NCBI RefSeq assembly: GCF_009914755.1
Contig: NC_060932.1
Source: the human T2T-CHM13v2.0 reference genome, Homo sapiens
Strand: one strand, 5' to 3'
Length of the DNA: 64,000 nucleotides
The stretch's first letter is position 1; every line of letters starts with the position of its first letter. The notes beneath the pieces were generated by a model that ran no database searches, was not told the origin of the DNA, and saw nothing but the letters and a program-made list of their open reading frames with translations. Of the stretch, positions 56,972 to 64,000 are shown piece after piece. The translations under genes and the position numbers were made by a program.

Positions 56972-58406
56972 ATCCTCCTCTTTAGTCAGTTTGAATTGGA
57001 TTTTCTGTTGTTTCCAACAAAAAACGTTTGACCTAAAGCACTATGTATGATGTCTTTTAGAGAATTTGCTGGTTTAAAGACAGTGAATCATTTACATAGG
57101 ACTTGAGCCAGTTTCTTAGATTCATGTGCTCCTTGGAAACTTTGTTCAAACGAAGACTTCTGGAGAGCACCACAGCAGGGCCAGGGAAACGATCAGCAGA
57201 ACTGGTGGGAAAGATCTGGGCTAATGGTCCTGGCCTCAGGCTAAAGACTCCAATGAGACACCCCAAGTCAGGGGACTACGTCAGCCAGGGAGGAACTGCC
57301 CTCTATAAACTATGAACACTTTAAAATATAAATGTATTTATAATATTTTTATTATGCAAGTAACCCATAGTAGCATAAAAAACTGGTAAGATAAAAGAAA
57401 ATATATAATTTCTCTATAATTTTCACTATACATGTAGGTAAAGATGTTGCTAATTTTTGTCTATCCTCTCATTGCACTATAAAATCACAGGCAGGGCTAT
57501 GTCTTCATCACTATGCTAATTTCAAGACCTAGCACTCTCCCTGCCTCATAATAAGCATAATAATAAACACATATAGTGAGTGAATAAATGAATGAATTTG
57601 AACCTAAGGCATCAAAGCTCAGCTGCATGGTGACTTTCCCTAGCCCTTGTCCTGGGACCATGGAGTGTCCTTGGTGTGTGAACTTGAGACTGGTAAGCCC
57701 ACAGACCTGAAGTGGGATACATATCCCTCTCAATGGAGCATCCTCATATTTAGAAATTGGATCCATTTTTGAAACCTGGTTTAGAAATTGGATGCAACAA
57801 AAAATGAGTGATCGAATTTTATTTTTATTTTAGAATAAGATATAATTATAGAATAAATGATACATTGATCATTCTCAAGCAGTTTTTTCAAAAATGTATC
57901 TTGGGAACCATTCTGAAAACAGAGCCAGAATATTTTAAGAAATAACACCTCTGTGAGAATGAGTATATCATCTCCCATAGTAACTACTCTGAGGGGAAGC
58001 CTCATTTAGATATATGAGTTTCAGCAAGTTTATTGAAAAGCATATGTCTTTATAGCAATGCTGTACAACTGCAATCACTTTAGAAACCCTGGTCATCTCA
58101 GTGTGGGAATATATAAAGTATTATTTGTATTTGGGTGTGCCCCTCGGACTGCCACATTGATTTATTGTCTAAAAGAACATCAGTAGTACATATTTAATCA
58201 ATTTGTGGTTCACCTTGCCCCTGACCTACACAGTCTCAAGTGTTGATGGGACTATGAGGAACAATTTTCAGGTATCTACTTTTATGAAAACCCAACAACA
58301 ATTAGCAGCAATGAGAAATAAGCTTATTCCTTAATTTTTGTATTTGCTGGCCTTTAGAAATCATTATCTGAGCCTAAGTTTGAGTTGTGGCTCTTAAAAT
58401 TCTTTT

Positions 58407-58695
58407 CTTTTAATTTGAGACAGAGTCTCACTTCATCACCCAGGCTGGAGTGCAGAGGTGTGCTGTCGGCTCACTGCATGCAACCTCCGCCTCCCGGGTT
58501 CAAGCAATTCTCCTGCCTCAGCCTCCGGAGTAGTGGGGATTGCAGGCACCCGCCACCATGCCAGATTAATTTTTTGTATTTTTAGTAGAGACAGGGTTTT
58601 ACCAGGTTGGTCAGGCTGGTCTTCAACTCCTGAGCTCAGATGGTCCACCTGCCTCGGCCTCCCAAATTTCTGGGATTACAGGCACCATGCCTGCC
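58407..58695 (-). mobile_element. AluS
   Basis: Antisense dimer with a small deletion near its 5' end. TSD CTTAAAATTCTTTT (58393 / 58695). Confidence 0.92.
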
Positions 58696-58930
58696 TTAAA
58701 ATTCTTTTTTGAAAGAAAAGCAGTGTTCAAAACATATTCCTTTTCTTCCTACGTGATGTAAAACTACATCAAAAAGCCATTTTAATAAATACTACGTTAA
58801 AATAAAATATATTATGTGATTCTGTGTTATGTATACTAGTAACATTCTATATTGGGCCATGCTATATTATCTCAATAGCTGGTATGTTGCTATAATAATA
58901 ACAATCACAAAAATATGCCCTGTCTCTAAC

Positions 58931-59098
58931 TGAGAAAAAAACAGATAAAATAATAATGGGAACCCACCTTTAGTGCCCAGATCTTATGAGTTAGGCAAAG
59001 GTACTCACTTAACCTTCGCAGCAACCTTGAGAGAGAAATAGTGGGAGAAACTGGCCCTTCCGTGCGGCAAGGAAACCCAGGAAGGACTCGGCTGTGCA
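58931..59098 (+). repeat. 168-bp direct repeat, copy 1
   Basis: Ungapped match to 60082-60249, 10 mismatches by manual count. Confidence 0.95.
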
Positions 59099-59479
59099 TC
59101 CTCAATTTAGTGTGTTACCTCAGAGCCTGAGTTCCCAGAGTAAAATCCATGAGATGCTGAGGTCTAAGAAAGATGTCTCTAGGGAAACTTTTCTTTTTTC
59201 TCCTTCCAAGACACAAGCAGACTTCTCTGATGGGGCCTATCTGGGATGAGAGGCCGGGGATCAAGAAGTGTTTCCCTTCAGAAGGGCCAAGCTAACCAAC
59301 AGTGTTTTCTCCCCAGTGATAGAAATTCTGCCACAATGGCCTTCAGTTCTGCATAAGAGCAGTGGAGGTGGGTGGCAGGAGGACTGCTACAGGGAAGCCC
59401 TCTGTGATCAAGCAGGCACACTGAGTAAGAAAAGGGCCACCCAGCGTCCCCCATCGAAGGCTCCATTCCCAACTTCTGC

Positions 59480-59820
59480 CTATGCTGGTCCGTTTGCCTG
59501 GAATGTGCTTTCCATTCCCAGCCCCCTCACTGTCAAATGCCTGTTCCTTCTCCGAACCTCAGATTAGACACCCTTTATGGTGATTAAACAGGCTTTCTTG
59601 ACATCCCAGACACATGCTCCCATCGCACTTTGGGCAGATATGGCACACTCTTAATGATTTGCTTGTGTTGATTGTCTTATTTTTGGCATTAGTAAGTTCC
59701 ATGGAGAGAGGAGCAAGACTGTGAGGTCTTGCTGTCCATTGCACCCTCAGTGCTTTAGCACAGTTCCTGAGACATAGCTGAAGAGTTCATCATAAATATT
59801 CGTTGAAGGAGTAAATGAAC
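59480..59820 (+). mobile_element. L2 3' fragment
   Basis: TGCCTGGAATGTGCTTTCC...TAAGTTCCATG...AGCACAGTTCCTGA.ACATAG...ATAAATATT.GTTGAA. Confidence 0.65.
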
Positions 59821-59884
59821 CATATTAATTCCTTGAGGCAAAGTATTTGTCTTATTCCCTCATATCATCAGAGTTTGATTTAGG

Positions 59885-60385
59885 GAACTAATGGATGTGT
59901 GAGGAATGATGAGGTTAGAATTTCACCATTTTGCCACTACACAGCAATAATTGACTTGGGATGCTATAACTTATGGATGCATGTTTGATGAGGTACAAGG
60001 ATATTCACATGGCCTCAAAGAATCCCCCCACAAAAACTTGTTCATTAGAAAGGGACAAACAGTACCCTTATGGTTACTATATGAGAAAAAAACACATAAA
60101 ATAATAATGGGAACCCACCTTTAGTGCCCAGATCTTATGAGTTAGGCAAAGGTACACATTTAACACTCGCAGCAACCTCGAGAGAGAAATAGTGGGAGAA
60201 ACTGACCCTTCCATGTGGCAAGGAAACCCAGGAAGGACTTGGCTGTGCAAGATGGTGGAGAAACCAGGTGGGTACCACAATAACCAATGGACCAAAGTTA
60301 ACATCACCAGTGTTGGTACAAATCAACATTATGTGACTGCTGGAGTGAGGCATGAAAAAGGAGAGTGCATCACCTATGTAGGGTC
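59885..60385 (+). mobile_element. Old L1 3' region (L1MC4/L1ME-like), interrupted
   Basis: CACCATTTTGC, GTTTGATGAG...GGATATTCACAT.G.CTCAAAG, GTGGAGAAACC...CAAAGTTAACATCACCAGT. Confidence 0.75.
60082..60249 (+). repeat. 168-bp direct repeat, copy 2 (inside an L1MC/ME-like element)
   Basis: Matches copy 1. Flanked by ATGGT at 60070 and 60252. Confidence 0.95.
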
Positions 60386-61930
60386 TACATGGAATGGGAA
60401 TTGGGATGTTGAAAAAGCAGAGAGACTTTCACTTGGTTCTCATGACAACCCCAGTGACATAGAAACCCTGAGATATAGGAAGGGCTCATTTCCATATTAT
60501 AAATGAGGAAGCAGATTTAGTGAAATCAGGTGACTGAGCCAACAATCAATGCGAGAGTGTCAGAAATGGACTTCTAACAAGGACCTCCATCTCCAGCCTA
60601 AGTGTACCCTCAACTTCCTGCTGCCTCTCCCAAGGCCTCAAACATACAAGAAATGTGAGTGGAATAACTCCACCAATGAGAGGTGGGCCCAGTGGTGAGC
60701 ACAGGGAGAGAGTCTGCAGACTCAAGTTCCGGGCCTGCCTCCACTATCAACCAGCCAGCCATGGAACAGTGGGGAGGGATCCTCGGCACCCCTGGCTCTG
60801 TATCTGTAAATGATGAAAGTTGGAATACACCTCTCTAAGCTTCCCACTGCTTCTGATTCTAGAAAGTAAGTCTTTCTGTCTAGACTTTTGTCACAGACTT
60901 GGCAAACATTCAGTTTCAGTATGATCTGGAAACTTGCTATGAATGTTTTAAGAGAAGCAATTTCTTTCAGAATCAGATGCTTTGGCGAAATGACTGTAAT
61001 ATCTTAGATTTGACACAGGTAGAAAGAAAGGAGAAATCATATCTCATTAGGAAAACACCTTTCTAGTGTAACAGCAAGTGAAGGAAAACTCCCAGCTCCC
61101 CACCCCCCACCCAGTCACATACACAACAGGGCAAAAGCTATCATTTATTCATTCTTGTATTTAATCATTTATTTGAACCATAATTTCCAAAGCCACCTCT
61201 CAATCCCCCAAAAAACCCTCATTACATAAAAATCGTCTAGGAGTTAGAAACTTAAGTCTTAATTGGCTGAACTAAACAACAAAATGACACTGCAGTGAAC
61301 CTGAAGAGAAAAGAGAGGTATTGCCTAATTCTCTTCATTCTATAAACATTTAATGAAGACCCACTACGTGCAACACATTATCATAAGGTTTTATGTAGGA
61401 CATGAACCAGGGAGGATAAAGCATTGGTAGAAGGTAGGATAGAAGGTAGAGGGCCCCACAAGCAAACACAAGGGGTGTGACACATGCAGATTATACAAAG
61501 AACCTCTAGTCATTCAGTCTCATTGCCTGTCAGGGAGGGTCGATCCCAGTGGAGGGCAAATATGAGGAGGATAGCCTAAGCCTAGAAATCCTTGTCTTTC
61601 TTGTTCAAGCTCTTGTCTTAATGATGATGAAATTTTTTAGCAGAAGCTTCATGCTTTAAGGGCTGTTTTGGTTGTCTGTTTGTTTGTTTAAAGGACACTG
61701 GCTGGAGAAGGTTTGGGATATTGGGGATGTTTTCTATCAAGAGTAATACAGGCATCTAGGACAGCACTAGAGCCCTGGCCATGGCACCAGAAATGTAAAC
61801 CTCTCATTGAGGTGGATACTTGAAGCGCAGTGAGCTCGAAGAACCTCAGCACATTCTCCTTCTGCTGGACCTTGGACACCCTGTTTCAGACCTGAACCTC
61901 CTGTTCCTTGAAGGCCTTTGGATCACACTC

Positions 61931-62341
61931 CAATATGGTTTGGATATTTGTTCCCTTCAAATCTCATGTCAAAATTTGATCCTCAATGCTGAAGATGGGA
62001 CCTAGTGGAAGGTGTTTAGGTTGAGGGGTTGGATTCCTCATGAATAGATTAGTGCCCTCCCTCAGGGGTGAGTGTGTTCTTACTCTGTCAGTTCTCATTA
62101 GATCTGATTGTTAAAAAGAGCCTGGTGCCTTCTCCCTCTCTCTTGCTTCCTCTCTTGCCATGTGATGCTGGCTCGCTTTGCCTTCTGCCCTGAGTAGAAG
62201 CTTCCTGAAGCCCTCACCAGAAGCAGATGCTGGCCCCATGCTTCTTGTACAGCCTGCAGAACCATGAGCCAAGTAAACTTTTCTTTACACAATTCTCAGC
62301 CTCATATATTTATTTATAGCAACACAAAATGGACTAAGACA
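61931..62341 (+). mobile_element. MST solo LTR (MSTB-like)
   Basis: ATATGGTTTGGATATTTG...CACCAGAAGCAGATGCTGG...CAGCCTGCAGAACCATGAGCCAA...GGACTAAGACA. 5-bp TSD CACTC/CACCC. Confidence 0.9.
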
Positions 62342-62914
62342 CACCCCTTACCCATGTTAATTTAGAAGAGCTGATGCTAACATCACTGCTGGGAAGATGC
62401 ACTTAGGTCATGCAGTGAGCTACTTTAGACCCATAAATACTTGATACTTGAGCAGTAGCTCTTGTCTGGATTATCAAGAAGTTTATGGAGAGTCCTGGGA
62501 GCCTCTGAGATGGTACCCAGCCCATAACATATCTGATGAAGATCAATCTCCTTCCTTGGTGGTTCATGGTGCTGTGTTGGAAAGATGCCAAGGTTTGATG
62601 CATTCTCAGAAGTCCCCTGAACCACAGGCAAGAGACTCCCTTGGACTTGGTGCAACCCAAGACTCCCACACACTTTCATCCACAGCAGCTTCTGTTGTGC
62701 TCCTACTGGAAGCACAGGCTGTGGAAAAAGAGCAAGAGACAAATGGTCTGAGAGAAAACCATCAACAAAATAAATGGTGGTTCCCCCTGGGCTGTGGGTA
62801 TCTGGGAGGTTCTCATGGAGGATAAGCAGATCATGCTGGCTTATCAGCATGCTTCCCTTGGCAAGAGTTTTTACTCAGACATATGATGAGGTTAAATCCA
62901 CAAAATCCACACAG

Positions 62915-63192
62915 AGCTCTTCAAAGGAAGGACTGTGAACAGGTGCTGGTCTACAAATTGACTGTTACCAGTTCATAAAGAGATAAGTATGGAGATAATG
63001 AGTAAACATTTAGAAACTTTTATGGCTATTTGACATGACTACAACATTCAAGCACAGGATTAGTGGATTTGTCTTGCTGAACATGGTAGAGATGAAAAAT
63101 ACTGGTCTGCAACAGCTTGGAAATGAAAACAATGACAAACAAAACAGCAAACTGATCCTTCAACCACAGCTAGTTGCAATAGCAGTACTGTA
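62915..63192. mobile_element. hAT-Charlie relic (MER119-like)
   Basis: AGATAAGTA...GAGTAAACATTTAGAAACTTTTAT..C.ATTTGACAT motif. Confidence 0.65.
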
Positions 63193-63449
63193 GACAGCAT
63201 GAGGTAGAATTGGATTTTGATGGTTTATTCTCAGCATGCTTTGAGTGCCAGCCATTTTCCTGCAGCTGGGGAAGGAGGGCTGAGTATCATTCCTAAGGAG
63301 TTCACAGTTCACCTGGGAAGACAGACAGGCCAACCAATTCATGTAACCCAGTCAGATAGAGGCTAGGATAGAGCTTACTCTAGGTGCTCCCCACAACATC
63401 CAAAGCAAGGCTGCTCTTCCTTGTCCATTTGGGATGCCTGGTGATAATG

Positions 63450-63700
63450 ATGATAGCATCCATTTATCAAGCATTTACATCATATCAGACTCTGAATTAA
63501 CCAATTTACATGCACTATCTGTTTAATCCCTCATAAGATCTCTCTGGCTAAGTACCTTATTGTCACTTTCAATTTATATGTGTATAAATTAGGGCTCCGA
63601 GAGGATAAAAGAACTTGTCCAAGATCATAGCTTTAATTCATGGAAAAGCCAGAATTCACAGATCACCTGACTTCATAGTCTAAATTCTTAACCCCTACCT
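63450..63700 (-). mobile_element. MIR
   Basis: CATTTATCAAGCATTTAC...TTTAATCC...AACTTGTCCAAGATCA. Confidence 0.7.
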
Positions 63701-63809
63701 ATGTTGCCTTTAATCTGGCTTGTTGTACTTGCTTGTTCAGTAGCGGGAGAAAGACTGAATTCAATGCCTCTTTAGCGGCTTACAAATGGTTGGCACACAG
63801 TAGGTGCTT

Positions 63810-64000
63810 GTGATGAAGCAGAGGATAGTGCAGCTGATATTTACTCCCTCCACCTCAACCAGACTCCAAGGGAGGAGAATGTGTGCCCATAATATTGATG
63901 GTGAATTTGGCCATGTGACTTGCTGGATTAATGTGACTTGTTGGAATGAAGGCAGCAGAGCTGATTCACTGGCTCTGACACTAAGAGCGTCATGTGTTTC
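63810..64000 (+). mobile_element. Old MaLR LTR start (MLT1J-like), cut by window end
   Basis: TTTGGCCATGTGACTTGCT...TAAGAGCGTCATGTGTTTC. Confidence 0.5.

Noticed and set aside
62403-62850. 141-aa and 125-aa ORFs on opposite strands next to the MST LTR
   Set aside because: No recognisable homology. The LTR has matching TSD-like flanks, so it is solo and this is not an internal region.

Overview
Primate (very probably human) genomic DNA from the 3' part of the FAM110B locus, transcribed on the + strand. About 1-39,422 is the end of a long intron. A terminal exon starts at a clear acceptor (AG 39421-39422) inside an intragenic CpG island. It carries 324 nt of 5' leader, the whole intronless 370-aa FAM110B CDS (39747-40859) and a 3' UTR with several poly(A) signals (best supported 42278-42283). 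The rest is repeat-rich intron and intergenic sequence: about 11 Alu-family copies, several MaLR solo LTRs, old L1/L2/MIR fragments and DNA-transposon relics. A full-length RPL26 processed pseudogene sits inside one LTR. Apart from FAM110B, the ORF-track entries are repeat-derived, antisense shadows or chance ORFs. I found no new multi-gene system. The best leads are (i) a layered uORF cassette in the FAM110B leader, where an overlapping uORF stops 1 nt before a strong-Kozak in-frame Met11, (ii) a 168-bp locally templated duplication inserted into an old L1, (iii) nested retro-insertions and a probably 5'-inverted old L1, and (iv) candidate regulatory elements. Repeat subfamilies were called by eye against remembered consensus sequences, so boundaries of old repeats are approximate.
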